NCBI GenBank assembly: GCA_950097015.1
Contig: CATNEN010000029.1
Span: 6,014,001 to 6,078,000, forward strand
Source of the DNA: Macrostomum hystrix
Taxonomy: Eukaryota > Animalia > Platyhelminthes
DNA length: 64,000 bases
Direction of reading: 5' to 3'
The position numbers were made by a program, and so were the translations under genes. This document shows, one piece after another, positions 38,504 to 62,145 of the stretch; position 1 is the first letter of the stretch, and each line of letters begins with the position of its first letter. A model generated the notes under the pieces. It did no database searches. It was not told where the DNA came from and worked only from the letters and a program-made list of their open reading frames with translations.

Positions 38504-39042
38504 CAGTGGCGCAACCATGCAGGTTTTGCCTTCGGGGGGCGGTCTTTGCGTACATTGCCCTTTGCGTACATTGCCCTTTACGTACATTGCCCTTTGCGTA
38601 CATTACCCTTTGCGTACATTGCCCTTTGCGTACATTGCCCTTTGCGTACATTGCCCTTTGCGTACATTGCCCTTTGCGTACATTGCCCTTTGCGTACATT
38701 GCCCCGCGGGTCGAAGGGGGGCGGCCGCCAGGTGGAGCGCGCTCTGTTTCGCGGTTTTCGCCCACCATTCCTGGGCCATTTCAAGGGCCGGTAGGGTAGG
38801 GCCCAGACGATTTAAAAGGTTTAAAAAATCCGAACGCACGCACGATTATAATGAAAGCTTGAAAATTAATATATGACCAATGGTCTTGGACTTGGTCTTT
38901 GGTCTATGTACGTTGGACTTGGGGGACAGGGAATGAGATAAGGTAATAATTATTAAGAAGCGTCTTGGCTTGCCCTTTGCGTACATTGCCCGCGGGCCGA
39001 AGGGGGGCGGCCGCCACCCCCGCCCCCCTGGTTGCGCCACTG
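38504..39042. mobile_element. hAT-type MITE, 539 bp
   Basis: Perfect 14-bp TIRs CAGTGGCGCAACCA / TGGTTGCGCCACTG and an 8-bp TSD CTCATATT (38496-38503, 39043-39050). An 8-bp TSD with CAG-starting TIRs is typical of hAT. Internal 16-bp array TTGCCCTTTGCGTACA at 38545-38705. Confidence 0.9.
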
Positions 39043-40666
39043 CTCATATTACAGAAGCCTACAAGAATGTTCTAGGTTCACATGAGTCCACTGTAACTGC
39101 ATTCAAATGCATTAAAGAGATGAAGAGAAGCAAATATAGACTGTATTTATCTTTTAAAGGGAGAATAACAATAAAAGGATCATATATCATTCTCCTTAAT
39201 GTGTACCTGCATGGTGCATGCATAGTAGTACAGGTTCTTGAGTTAAGCCTATAAAAGCTGTTCCTAAATTTTCTCCATAAAAATCTATTCACATCAAGCC
39301 GCAAAAACTAAAACCAGTAAGGCTATTGGAGATATGCTTTCATAAGCGCAATAAATCTGAACTTAATATAAAATATGTCTTTTAAATTTCGTAGCAAAAT
39401 CACGGTTAGATTAAATTACACCGTACTAGCCTAATAGTTATACGCCACAATAGCTTATCACTGCTATTAGCGTAGAATAATCAAGAATGGGTTACTGCAG
39501 ATTTTCTAGCTAAGTAATTTGTCCCTCTAATTCGTAGATTAATTTCATTTAGGGCCTAAGGCTGTAAAATTCACCGCGGCTTTGCCAATTTAGTTTTCAA
39601 CTAATACGGATGCACAATAGTTAAGCTGTATAATGCCCATATATATTCCCTTGATGTTGGCAGCCCGACCGTTGACATCACAGTTGATGCGTAAATCTCC
39701 GCAACTAAATGAAATCTTGAAGCCATACCCCTAAGTACTTCTCTGTGAAACTAATAAATAGGTTGCGCAACTCATATCAATTTTAAGTATATCTATACAT
39801 AAAGTCAGAAGAACTCTTCAAAGCCGCCAACAACTTCTGGATATAAAGTACTCTTGAAACTTCATGCAATACAGAAAAGACACAGTGTCATTTTGCAAAT
39901 ATATGTGCAGCCTGTACGATAAGAGAAGAGTGAACCATAGGTGAGCTTTCAATGTACGCATTGTAACATGCAAATATTGTATACACCCCAGCTCGAAACA
40001 ATATATCAATTTAATGTGTCTTAAGTTCGAGCCAATGCAGTTTAACTTTTTCCTTATTTTATATAAGAGAGCTTGGCTGAGTTAGAGCTGGAATATTTGC
40101 AAAGCGAGAAAGACATTTGTTGGATTTGATTTTAAACAGAGGTACTCGTTATCGCTAAGGCCTTGAGTAAGAGGTGAGTCGTGCAAAGCGACATCATGTT
40201 TAAAATTACATTTGTATTCGATAATAACTACTCAATATTATATTCATTTGTTGCTTAAATCTGAATTTTTCCGAGCTACAATTTCCGCTTTTTTAGATTC
40301 AAACAAATAAAATGTTAGAATAAATTATCAATGAATTGCTAAGATTTAAGGAGAAATGTTAAAAAAAAATTAGAAAGTATAGCTTGCAGCAACTTAGTGC
40401 TGCTAGATATTCTACTTATTTAAACGTACGATGTTTGCATTTTGTAAGATACTTTAAAATACAATTTTAATCAAACGGTAAACTTCTTGAGATTATATAA
40501 TAATAATAATTGTCATCGTCAGAACGAGAGTAACAGACTAATTTTAATCAAGTAATCTTAGCTGTCTCCTCTATGTTAAGCTATCTCATTTTTGGATTAT
40601 ATATGTCGCCCTTCGATAGACATCCTACTTACTAATTGATTTTCCTTTCTTCTGAATTTCTGTAAA

Positions 40667-51208
<10,542 letters not shown>

Positions 51209-51804
51209 TGCGGTACGAATTTAGCTTGAGAACCTTGAGAACTTCAGCTTGTTAAGCGCGTCAAGTAGGCATTAAAGTTTGACAGCTATTAAGCTCTAGT
51301 TTTTTTTAGTTCAAGTCCCATTCATGGTATTATATCTAGCTAGAGAAGCTAGAGTACCTACATGTAGATTCTCTGCGATTTCTATTTACTAATCAAGTTT
51401 TACCTAGCCGTCAAAATTTTTAGCTTTTGTGCACAGATCAGACCTGTCACTAAGTAGGATATTTGATATTAAAAATTAATTTTTGGCTATTACTGCCTCT
51501 GTATTCTATCTGTCCATCCCTCCTCTGTCTCACTGGGTTGATAATTTGGTTGGGCTGTTTGTTTGGTTGTTTGTTTTTGTTAAGCATTCATTATCCTCTG
51601 TCTAGTCACTAAAACAGTGCATTGTAATTTTACATAAATTGAGTTTATTTAAATGCGATTCAACCCTTATGCAATCTCACTCACACCCATTTATGCTTAT
51701 TACAGGTATTACAGTTATTGTTCGTCTGTCACCTACCCCTGTTTTATCGAATGACCATAGACCCATTGACACCACAATGTCTCAAACTCTCCGTCTCCTC
51801 TCCT

Positions 51805-52130
51805 CTGACACCCTCACCTGACTCCCTCTCCTGACTCCCTCACCTGACTCCCTCACCTGACTCCCTCACCTGACTACCTCACCTGACTCCCTCACCTGAC
51901 TCCCTCACCTGACTCACTCATCTGACTCTCTCTCCTGACTCCCTCTCCACTGACTCCCTCACCTGACTCCCTCACCTGACTCCCTCTCCTGACTCCCTCA
52001 CCTGACTCCCTCACCTGACTACCTCACCTGACTCCCTCACCTGACTCCCTCACCTGACTCACTCATCTGACTCTCTCTCCTGACTCCCTCTCCACTGACT
52101 CCCTCACCTGACTCCCTCACCTGACCCCCT
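51805..52130. repeat. 13-bp tandem array (CCTGACTCCCTCA)
   Basis: Direct tandem copies. Confidence 0.9.
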
Positions 52131-52469
52131 GATCGGGTTGTCGTCCAATTCATCACTGCATGTGTTGTACTTATTTGTATTTTATTTTATACTCTTCCTA
52201 AAAGTCTCCTCAGTGATTTTTGCAGAAGGTAGCATTGCAAAAATTCTCATGGACTTCATGTTACAAATTATATTTTTTATTTCATATAGCAAATAGAGAA
52301 ATTACTTTTTTGCTTTGGCGAAATTGACTTTAAACTCTTGCTTGTGCATCCTATATCTTATCATTAACGCAAAAAATTCTGAGTCTGTTTTGCCTATTGA
52401 TAACATTTTTTTGCCGTCAGATCTTTTCATAGAGTGCTTTGCGGGCAGTGTTATCGGGCTAGGTGAATC

Positions 52470-52955
52470 CATCCCGAATCTCAGAATTCCCGAATCTCAG
52501 AATTCCCGAATCTCAGAATTCCCGAATCTCAGAATTCCCGAATCTCAGAATTCCCGAATCTCAGAATTTTCGAATCTCAGAATTCCCGAATCTCAGAATT
52601 CCCGAATCTCAGAATTCCCGAATCTAAGAATTCCCGAATGTCAGAATTCCCGAATCTCAGAATTCCCGAATCTCAGAATTTTCGAATCTCAGAATTCCCG
52701 AATCTCAGAATTTTCGAATCTCAGAATTCCCGAATCTCAGAATTCCCGAATCTCAGAATTCCCGAATCTAAGAATTCCCGAATCTCAGAATTCCCGAATC
52801 TAAGAATTCCCGAATCTAAGAATTCCCGAATGTCAGAATTCCCGAATCTAAGAATTCCCGAATCTCAGAATTCCCAAATCTCAGAATTCCTGAATCTAAG
52901 AATTCCCGAATCTCAGAATTCCCGAATCTCAGAATTCCCGAATCTAAAAATTCCA
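52470..52955. repeat. 16-bp tandem array (GAATTCCCGAATCTCA)
   Basis: Direct tandem copies; explains ORFs 52315-52958. Confidence 0.95.
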
Positions 52956-53064
52956 TGAGCACTGATTTGTCTAATATAATCTGACAGATGTGGATAACAA
53001 TGTGACGATTAAACGATGTATTTATGTCTTGATTTTCAAACAGAGACTAGTCATTTTCCTTTTC

Positions 53065-55000
53065 TCATTTTTTTCTTTTTCTGTTTACATTTTTGCCTGC
53101 TGCTGGCGGGGCTTTTTGCTGTTCAAATTTGAGTTCTTCTGCTGTTTCATCTTGCTCTACTTTTTCTGTCTATCCTTTCTTATTTATCTAGAATTCACCG
53201 ATTGGTGTGAATGTTTATACTGCTCTTAAAAAATATGAACCATTATACGAGCGTAGATATTAATTTATAATAGTTTTTTTCATAAATAAATTGACAGTTT
53301 TGCAGAAGCGTGCGGTTCAACTTGTTTCATATTGAGGAATAGACAATGAGATAATGAACTTAGCCAATTTTCAGTCTATTTCAGTTTATCTTATCTATGT
53401 TGTACTTTTATCTAGCGAGTACGATTTCAAGTTACGTCATTTTCGCCCAGTATAATTATAATTTTAACTATATAAATCTGTGCCCTTGAGTCCTGGAGTA
53501 ATTGAGGGTGTGTAGGACTATCCTCTAGTCCATGGACTGAACAGCCGTACGCAGCCTTCAGATGCGCTGTGCAATTGGGTCAGGTGCGGTCAATATAGAT
53601 AGACCTGGTGTAATCAGAGCCGTTTTGCTCAAAAGTACAAATTTTCTGCTCCTAGGATTCCAACTCCGGACCTGTCGGTCAGATGTCTGACGCTCTAGCC
53701 ACTGAGCTGCAATCTCTAGCTACAAGCAACCTTAGAAGTACATGAAGCACAGCCACTGTTGCCTCAAATTAATCAAAAGATTTAGAAAGATCAAAACGTA
53801 GTTTTCATGATTATTCACAAAGGCATTTGAATTTAAATTTTTATTCATTTGCAAGTTGTTTTATAACGTATTGCACAGATTGTCTGTACACAACCTCAGA
53901 TTAGGCTACCGCGAGTAGCAACTGAGTAGACTGAGTTGACAAAGAGAGGAAACTGGTTTAGAACGACTCAAAGCGGTAGCTTAACAAACTAAGCGTAGAA
54001 TAGTAAGCATAGCAACTCAAGAAAAGTAAAACGTAGGAGTTTTTAGTGTCAAAGGGTTGAAGCTTTGAAGGCCTGGTTAAAAGTGTTAAAAGTACATCAT
54101 CGTACTTTGCTTGTTAACTTGTCATAAAATCACACAATATCGGTTCTGCTTTCTCATTGGCCAGCAGCTATTTTTATTTAACTCTGAGCCCATCTTATTG
54201 GCTAGCAGCTATACAAACTAAATACACTGCTCTCTGATTGGCCAGCAGCTATCTTGACTCTTATTGGCTGGAATAGTGACTCTAATTATGAAAACAATCA
54301 GGATTTCTAAAAAATGTCCAGGATTCAATGCAAATAAACGACTTCCTGACAAGGTAAGCAAGAGAAATTCAGTGAATTATCATTCACAGAAATTCACAGA
54401 ATTTCAATGACAGGAACATGTGAGTAGAGTACACCAAATACACAAAGTAGAAAATGAATGCCAGGTCTGGGGCTCCGGGATTAGCATAGGAAAATCAAGA
54501 GTAAATCGAGGCAAATTAATAAAATGGTGTGCCTTTGGTAACAGACAAGGCTGGCACTCGAGGTGAAATAAACTAGGAAAGTGATGAAGCAAAGGAAATA
54601 GTGTGCTAATTAGTTGTAGGCTCAGGTGCTAAGGAAACATGCCAGGTCTTACTATTGAATGCAGCCACGGCCAGGTCGTAGAGGATGCTCAATTCGGGCT
54701 CAAAGCTGAATGCAAAAAATAGGGTATTGAGGAGGCCTTGCTTAACAGTAGAAATATTAAGCTATTATTCCCCTGGGGAAAAACCAAGGGGCCATTTCAA
54801 ATTCCCACTGCCTACCGCACGACAGCTGCCAAACCGAGTGGCCGATTAAAGTGAAAGTCCACCAAATGTACCAACATTTTCCACCCTCTACGGTAAACTA
54901 ACTTTCAAAGCTGTCCGGCGACAGCATCGTCCAGATATTCAGCGATTCTTGTCGAAGACCCCTGGTGACAAGGACAACTGTACATAGCTCAGTATAAACC
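53065..55000 (-). CDS. Unresolved small-exon gene fragments
   Basis: Candidate exon 54705-54653 (FEPELSILYDLAVAAFN, strong GTAAGA donor) and candidate terminal exon 53169-53065 (TEKVEQDE...NRKRKK stop). No complete model or homology. Confidence 0.3.
53520..53720. mobile_element. Decayed SINE remnants
   Basis: 53530-53605 (+) matches the 3-prime part of SINE-A; 53640-53720 (-) is a degenerate tRNA head (AGCTCAGTGGCTAGAGCG...GGAGTTGGAATCC). Confidence 0.6.
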
Positions 55001-55064
55001 TCTGTGGCAAAGCCATATTAGTTCACTAATATCATAATTAACAATATAATGGATTGTCAAATCG

Positions 55065-56855
55065 ACGTCGATGGAAGATTGGATTCACTGAAGGACACTG
55101 ATGGAAGAGTGGATTCACTGAAGGACGCCGATGGAAGATTGGATTCACTGAAGGACACTGATGGAAGAGTGGATTCACTGAAGGACGCCGATGGAAGATT
55201 GGATTCACTGAAGGACACCGATGGAAGATTGGATTCACTGAAGGACATCGATGGAAGATTGGATTCACTGAAGGACACCGATGGAAGAGTGGATTCACTG
55301 AAGGACACCGATGGAAGAGTGGATTCACTGAAGGACACCGATGGAAGATTGGATTCACTGAAGGACACCGATGGAAGATTGGATTCACTGAAGGACGCCG
55401 ATGGAAGATTGGATTCACTGAAGGACACTGATGGAAGATTGGATTCACTGAAGGACACCGATGGAAGATTGGATTCACTGAAGGACGCCGATGAAAGAGT
55501 GGATTCACTGAAGGACGCCGATGGAAGAGTGGATTCACTGAAGGACGCCGATGGAAGAGTGGATTCACTGAAGGACACCGATGGAAGATTGGATTCACTG
55601 AAGGACACCGATGGAAGATTGGATTCACTGAAGGACACCGATGGAAGATTGGATTCACTGAAGGACGCCGATGGAAGAGTGGATTCACTGAAGGACACCG
55701 ATGGAAGATTGGATTCACTGAAGGACACCGATGGAAGATTGGATTCACTGAAGGACACCGATGGAAGATTGGATTCACTGAAGGACGCCGATGGAAGATT
55801 GGATTCACTGAAGGACACCGATGGAAGATTGGATTCACTGAAGGACGCCGATGAAAGAGTGGATTCACTGAAGGACGCCGATGGAAGAGTGGATTCACTG
55901 AAGGACACCGATGGAAGATTGGATTCACTGAAGGACGCCGATGGAAGAGTGGATTCACTGAAGGACACCGATGGAAGATTGGATTCACTGAAGGACGCCG
56001 ATGAAAGAGTGGATTCACTGAAGGACGCCGATGGAAGAGTGGATTCACTGAAGGACACCGATGGAAGATTGGATTCACTGAAGGACGCCGATGGAAGAGT
56101 GGATTCACTGAAGGACACCGATGGAAGATTGGATTCACTGAAGGACGCCGATGAAAGAGTGGATTCACTGAAGGACGCCGATGGAAGAGTGGATTCACTG
56201 AAGGACACCGATGGAAGATTGGATTCACTGAAGGACGCCGATGGAAGATTGGATTCACTGAAGGACACCGATGGAAGATTGGATTCACTGAAGGACGCCG
56301 ATGAAAGAGTGGATTCACTGAAGGACGCCGATGGAAGAGTGGATTCACTGAAGGACACCGATGGAAGATTGGATTCACTGAAGGACGCCGATGGAAGAGT
56401 GGATTCACTGAAGGACACCGATGGAAGATTGGATTCACTGAAGGACGCCGATGAAAGAGTGGATTCACTGAAGGACGCCGATGGAAGAGTGGATTCACTG
56501 AAGGACACCGATGGAAGATTGGATTCACTGAAGGACACCGATGGAAGATTGGATTCACTGAAGGACACCGATGGAAGATTGGATTCACTGAAGGACGCCG
56601 ATCGAAGAGTGGATTCACTGAAGGACACCGATGGAAGATTGGATTCACTGAAGGACGCCGATGAAAGAGTGGATTCACTGAAGGACGCCGATGGAAGAGT
56701 GGATTCACTGAAGGACACCGATGGAAGAGTGGATTCACTGAAGGACACCGATGGAAGATTGGATTCACTGAAGGACACCGATGGAAGATTGGATTCACTG
56801 AAGGACACCGATGGAAGAGTGGATTCACTGAAGGACACCGATGGAAGAGTGGATA
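55065..56855. repeat. 30-bp tandem array (GATGGAAGATTGGATTCACTGAAGGACACC), about 60 copies, 150-bp higher-order period
   Basis: Direct tandem copies; the GAAAGAGT variant recurs at 55851, 56001, 56151, 56301 and 56451. Confidence 0.97.
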
Positions 56856-56930
56856 GAAGAGACGCACACAACTGTTGCACTGTGGCTTCAAAAATCAGCC
56901 AGTGCAAGTGCTAGCACACAATGGAGGGTT

Positions 56931-59170
56931 TCAGACCGGGGTGCCAATCCAGTTGGTCTCCTTGTTGGACTTGTTCAACGGCTGGCTCGCCAATGACTCG
57001 TCCTCGTCGCTCGAGTCGCAGTAGCCGCCACCGCCAACGCTGGCGCCGCCGCGGCCCGTATCGCCGTAGAAGCGCATCCGATCATCGGGATTGTCTCTCA
57101 GTCGGCCGTAGGCGGTGCTGGAGCCGGCGTAAGCTGTCGTGTAGAGGTAGGCGAACACCACCGCGATGAGGGCGAAGCCGCAGATGACGCCGAACGTGAT
57201 TAAGAAGACGGAGATGCCGCGGTGATGCCGGCGCACCCAGTGCTTCACTTTGGCACGCACGCCAGGCCCACCCATCAGTGCCGGTCTGCTGGTGGCCCGA
57301 GCTGCAGAAATGGTCAGATTGTGCAGGTGAAACCCGATCGACTGCCGCAGCCGATGGTAGCGTCCTTGGATACGGTTGCCAGCCGAGCAGGTGTAGGCGT
57401 AGTAGCCCTCCTTGGCTCCGGGCTGCATGTACAGGGTGGAGCCGTTGACCACCAACTGGCCGACCCCCTGGATGCGGTTCCAACGGACTTCGGGCGCGGG
57501 GCGGCCCTGCGCCACACACTCGACACGGTCTCCGTGGAAATAATTCTCTCGGTAGGGTCGTAGCTCAATGTGCCTCACCTGGAAAAATTTGCGACATTCC
57601 TAATAGCTTGCGTGGATCCAAGGTATAAAAATATAATAGTTATTGCAGTAGGGCTACACACAGATACTGTACACAGGCACACGCTCACACAGGTGTGTAC
57701 ATCTGCCCTGAATTTATCATTCGTCGGGCAGTGTACACTTTCAATGTGGCTTTGAGGTTGGCCCTCAGTGGCGTAAATTGCACAACAACCCCCAACCCCC
57801 AAAGCCTTCTCTCCACGGCTGCGCCCCAATTTAATGTGACCTCGCCGTGGAATCGAGCTCAGGGACCTTGGCACGAGAGGCAAACACGTTAACCGCTCTG
57901 CCACCGACCAGGTAGAAAGTAAAAAAGTTCTACCTAGAAACAGGTAGAGACTGGAACTTTATCGACTCCATTATAAATATGCCCGAAGGCTGCATCACTC
58001 GCTGGTAATACAGATGACGCCTCTTAGTTAGAGGCAGTAAAATCAAACCGCAATGATGCTATTTTACGCTACTTAAGCGCATTCTCACCGAGTACAGCAC
58101 CCTAATTGGATCTGATCTGACGGCGAAGGTGACATTCAGGTGAGCGAACATAGGATGCGGTTTCAAATGGCAGCCGTATGCAGCTCCGTGACTGGCCAGA
58201 CCAACCCTGACAGTGTAGGTCACACTGCTGTACACCGTCAGCATGGTAGAGCCCGCCGCTGCCGGACCCGTCCACGTCCTGACGACACCTTTCAGCTGAG
58301 CTCGCTGGCCGATGTCCAGCAGTGTCAAACTACCCGGCGGCTTGCCAACATTCGCGTGGCAGCGGATCTGTGGAGATACAAGGGAGTTGCAAACTAATTA
58401 GTGGATTCGACAGATTAATCAGATTAAAAAACTACTTTCTGAGTAGTTTTTGATAATAATGTTGGATCTCGAGGTTATGGGTTAAGGGTTGGGCAGAACT
58501 GCCTCTCGCTGGCTGCGAGTGACGTTTGACGACAGTCAGATCTGCCAGTGCCCACAGCCTTCCTGCAAGTATTAGCATGATCAGGGGAACAGCAAATTGG
58601 CATGTTTCAAAATAGTTGTCTCACCGTGACAAACTGACCCTCCACCAGATCAATGGGATTCGTCTTTTTTGGTAGATTCGACGGCAATGACTGTCTTTTG
58701 TCTACAATGAGCTGCGGCTCAGAGGGTGCCATCGCCGTCAGCAGCTGGATCCGGGAACCAGGAGATGCTCCGTCCAGGGTAATCGCCAGACAAGCGTAGC
58801 TGCCCTCATCAGCCGAGGTCATGTTGAAGATCAGCTCTGCCGTCTTAGCCGAGAATTTAGCGTCCCGTCGCGAACTCCAGGGTGGACGTAATGTGCCCCG
58901 TGCGCTGTTGGCCGTCGCGAAGACTTCGGAGTCAGTTCCGCCGGTCAGCGGTCGGCGCAGGAGTCGTACTAGGACGACATCGGCCGGGCGCAGCAGGTGA
59001 CAGGCGATGGTGACTCGCTGGCCTAGCTGGGCCACCCCGCCGTTGGTTGCCCGGGTTTGCACGACCGGCGCTGCAGGCGGAGTTTTCGCTGCGGACAGTG
59101 CAGCCGCCACCGAAATTAACGACAGAAGCAGCGGCACAAGCTGCGTTAGTCCACCTATCACGATCATCAT
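56931..59170 (-). CDS. Type I membrane protein with three Ig domains (nectin/CADM-like layout), about 490 aa
   Basis: Exons 59170-58625, 58367-58089 and 57578-56931 join in phase 0 (1473 nt). Signal peptide; Ig1 (VTIAC...DEGSYAC), Ig2 (IRCHAN...AYGC), Ig3 ([15 protein letters not shown]...YAYTCSAGN); [27 protein letters not shown]; tail ending WIGTPV. Confidence 0.88.
57640..57908 (-). mobile_element. SINE-B copy in an intron of the Ig gene
   Basis: Head through central hairpin on the minus strand, with a 3-prime deletion. Confidence 0.85.
58495..58572 (+). mobile_element. SINE-B 3-prime fragment (diverged)
   Basis: GGGCAGAACTGCCTCTCGCTGGCTGCG matches the family 3-prime block. Confidence 0.55.
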
Positions 59171-59994
59171 TTTATTAGAATTATCGCAGAAAGCAAGGAA
59201 CCTCTTTAAACGAGCAGAATGCGCCCAGTTCCTGTGGGATCTCGTTCGACCTGACTTTTGTTCTGAGTCAGCCTGGACCTTCGCACCTCCCCAGTGAGTT
59301 TACAGTGACTGCTGCTCGCACTCTGTACGCAACTGCTAACAATGCGTTTTTTAAAGCGAAAGAATGCGGAGAGACTCCAAATACACCGCATGGCCCAAGT
59401 TTTTTAGCTCTGCATTGCAAGTGTACACTTCGCGGCTGTGTAAATTTCCCCTTGCATGCATGTGATCAGCAACCCAACCTCCTTCAACGGATGGCCTATC
59501 GAGTTCACTTTGCCGATCAGTTCTCGAGGCTTGTATGAGTTCTATAGCTTCATTCCCAACAAGCTAGGAAAAGAGCTTTTCTGCGAGAGCGGCAAGTTTT
59601 TGGCTAAAGCTCTAAGTGGCGCCTCATTACAATCGCGTTGTCGAGACACAATGCCAGAACGGCGCAACAGTTGGCTCATGACTATTGATTTTGTAAGCTC
59701 TTGGGCGCAAGACGGAAAAGACAGGAGTCAAGAGTGAGACCGACCAGGCACACGCGTGCAGTTTTGAGTTATGGACACTCGCACGTTGTTTCGCTTCCCA
59801 TTTTAGCTCTGGATATTAGACATTTTCACAATAACTTTGCATTGAGGAAGAAATGACAGACGCGTTAAAATTTAAACCTGGGTTTTCGTTTAAACGAAAT
59901 AGATCATATAACTAAATTATCAGATGAATCAAAGTCAATATTTTGCTTAAGGGGTTTTTCAACGACACAATCATTTTGCCCTTGGCCGGCACAA

Positions 59995-60152
59995 TCAGGG
60001 TTCCGTTCGCATCGACGGAATGCTATCGAGATCGAAGCGACCTTCACAGGTACTCATAACTGCTCCGTAGGCAGCCGCCTCATCCGGTTTTTCGGACTTC
60101 TTGAGCTGCCGGCCGCCCATGAACTCCTGCAGCAGCTTCTGAACTTTCAGAT
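59995..60152 (-). pseudogene. Hsp70-family ATPase-domain fragment
   Basis: LKVQKLLQEFMGGRQLKKSEKPDEAAAYGAV recalls Hsp70 [29 protein letters not shown], then diverges to an early stop. An AG acceptor is present at 60154-60153; no other Hsp70 sequence was seen. Confidence 0.6.
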
Positions 60153-60182
60153 CTACCTACCAGGACAACGACACCGAAGCAC

Positions 60183-60975
60183 TAACCCCGAACCCGACCC
60201 GGACCCTACCCAAACACCCTACCCGAACCCTACCCGAACCCTACCCGAACCCTACCCGAACGCCCTACCCGAACCCTACCCGAACGCCCTACCCGAACCA
60301 TACCCGAACGCCCTACCCAAACCCTACCCGAACCCAACCCGAACATGACCCTACCCGAACCCGACCTGAACACCCTACCGGAACCCGACCTGAAAACCCT
60401 ACCCGAACAACCTACCCGAACACCCTACCCGAACCCTACCCGAACGCCCTACCCGAACCCAACCAGAACCAGACCCGAACATGACCCGAACACCCTACCC
60501 GAACCCGACCTGAACACCCTACCCGAACAACCAACCCGAACACCCTACCCGAACCCTACCCGAACCCGACTCGAACACCCTTCCTGAACACCCGACCCGA
60601 ACCCTACCCGAACCCGACACGAACACCCTACCCGATCCCGACCTGAACACCCTACCCGAACCCGACCTGAAAACCCTACCCGAACAACCTACCCGAACGC
60701 CCTACCCGAACCCAACCAGAACCAGACCCGAACCCGACCCGAACACCCTACAAGAACCATACCCGAACATGACCCGAACACCCTACCCGAACCCGACCTG
60801 AACACCCTACCCGAACAACCAACCCGAACCCGACTCGAACACCCTTCCTGAACACCCGACCCGAACCCTACCCGAACACCCTAACCGAACCCCAACCGAT
60901 CCCGACCCGAACACCCTAGTCGGGTTCGGGTTTCGTAACAGCGAACACACTACCCGAACCCTACCCGAACACCCT
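60183..60975. repeat. Irregular (ACCCTACCCGA / ACCCGA)n array
   Basis: C-rich 6- and 11-bp subunits with one inverted copy (GTCGGGTTCGGG) near 60920. Confidence 0.9.
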
Positions 60976-61682
60976 ACTTCTCTCCAATTCACTCTACTTC
61001 TCTCCAATTCACTCTACTTCTCTCCAATTCACTCTACTTCACTCCAATTCAATCTACTTCTCTCCAATTCAATCTACTTCTCTCCAATTCACTCTACTTC
61101 TCTCCAATTCAATCTACTTCTCTCCAATTCACTCTACTTCTCTCCAATTCACTCTACTTCTCTCCAATTCAATTTACTTCTCTCCAATTCACTCTACTTC
61201 TCTCCAATTCACTCTACTTCTCTCCAATTCAATCTACTTCTCTCCAATTCAATCTACTTCTCTCCAATTCAATCTACTTCTCTCCAATTCACTCTACTTC
61301 TCTCCAATTCAATCTACTTCTCTCCAATTCAATCTACTTCTCTCCAATTCACTCTACTTCTCTCCAATTCACTCTACTTCTCTCCAATTCACTCTACTTC
61401 TCTCCAATTCAATCTACTTCTCTCCAATTCACTCTACTTCTCTCCAATTCACTCTACTTCTCTCCAATTCAATCTACTTCTCTCCAATTCACTCTACTTC
61501 TCTCCAATTCACTCTACTTCTCTCCAATTCAATCTACTTCTCTCCAATTCACTCTACTTCTCTCCAATTCACTCTACTTCTCTCCAATTCACTCTACTTC
61601 TCTCCAATTCACTCTACTTCTCTCCAATTCACTCTACTTCTCTCCAATTCAATCTACTTCTCTCCAATTCAATCTACTTCTA
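60973..61682. repeat. 20-bp tandem array (CTCTACTTCTCTCCAATTCA)
   Basis: Homogeneous tandem copies abutting the previous array. Confidence 0.95.
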
Positions 61683-62145
61683 TCTCATTGATCATGATGA
61701 ACTTCCACAACCCCCGATTTGTAGTCTATGCATTTATCTTCTATGGTAAAAAGCCGACTTACAATACAATTATTACCCCTCCTTTGCGGACAGAAATGGG
61801 GATCGTTCCGAGGGCACCGTTAGGTGTAACAATATACAATTGCCGATATGTTTCGAAAAACATTTTCAACCTTTCGGTGAGAAACGTTTGCTTTCTACAA
61901 GCCGCCGATTGCTACGATACGTTTGCAAAAAAAACAATTAAAATAATAGAATACGAGAGAAGAGATATGGGATGTAGTGGCGACATTGTGATATGCTTTG
62001 ACCGACGGAACAAAAGGTGATGGAAATGACAAATTGTTAAAATACACAATGTGATGCAGCTATATTGGGACTATCAGGAATTAACATAAAATGCATAATT
62101 ACTCATAATACGGCTGAAACGTAGTGTATTTTAACAACTGCTGAC

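Noticed and set aside
51470-51490. AATTTTTGG as an Sm site of an SL or snRNA gene
   Set aside because: No accompanying leader, donor or stem-loops; common in AT-rich DNA.
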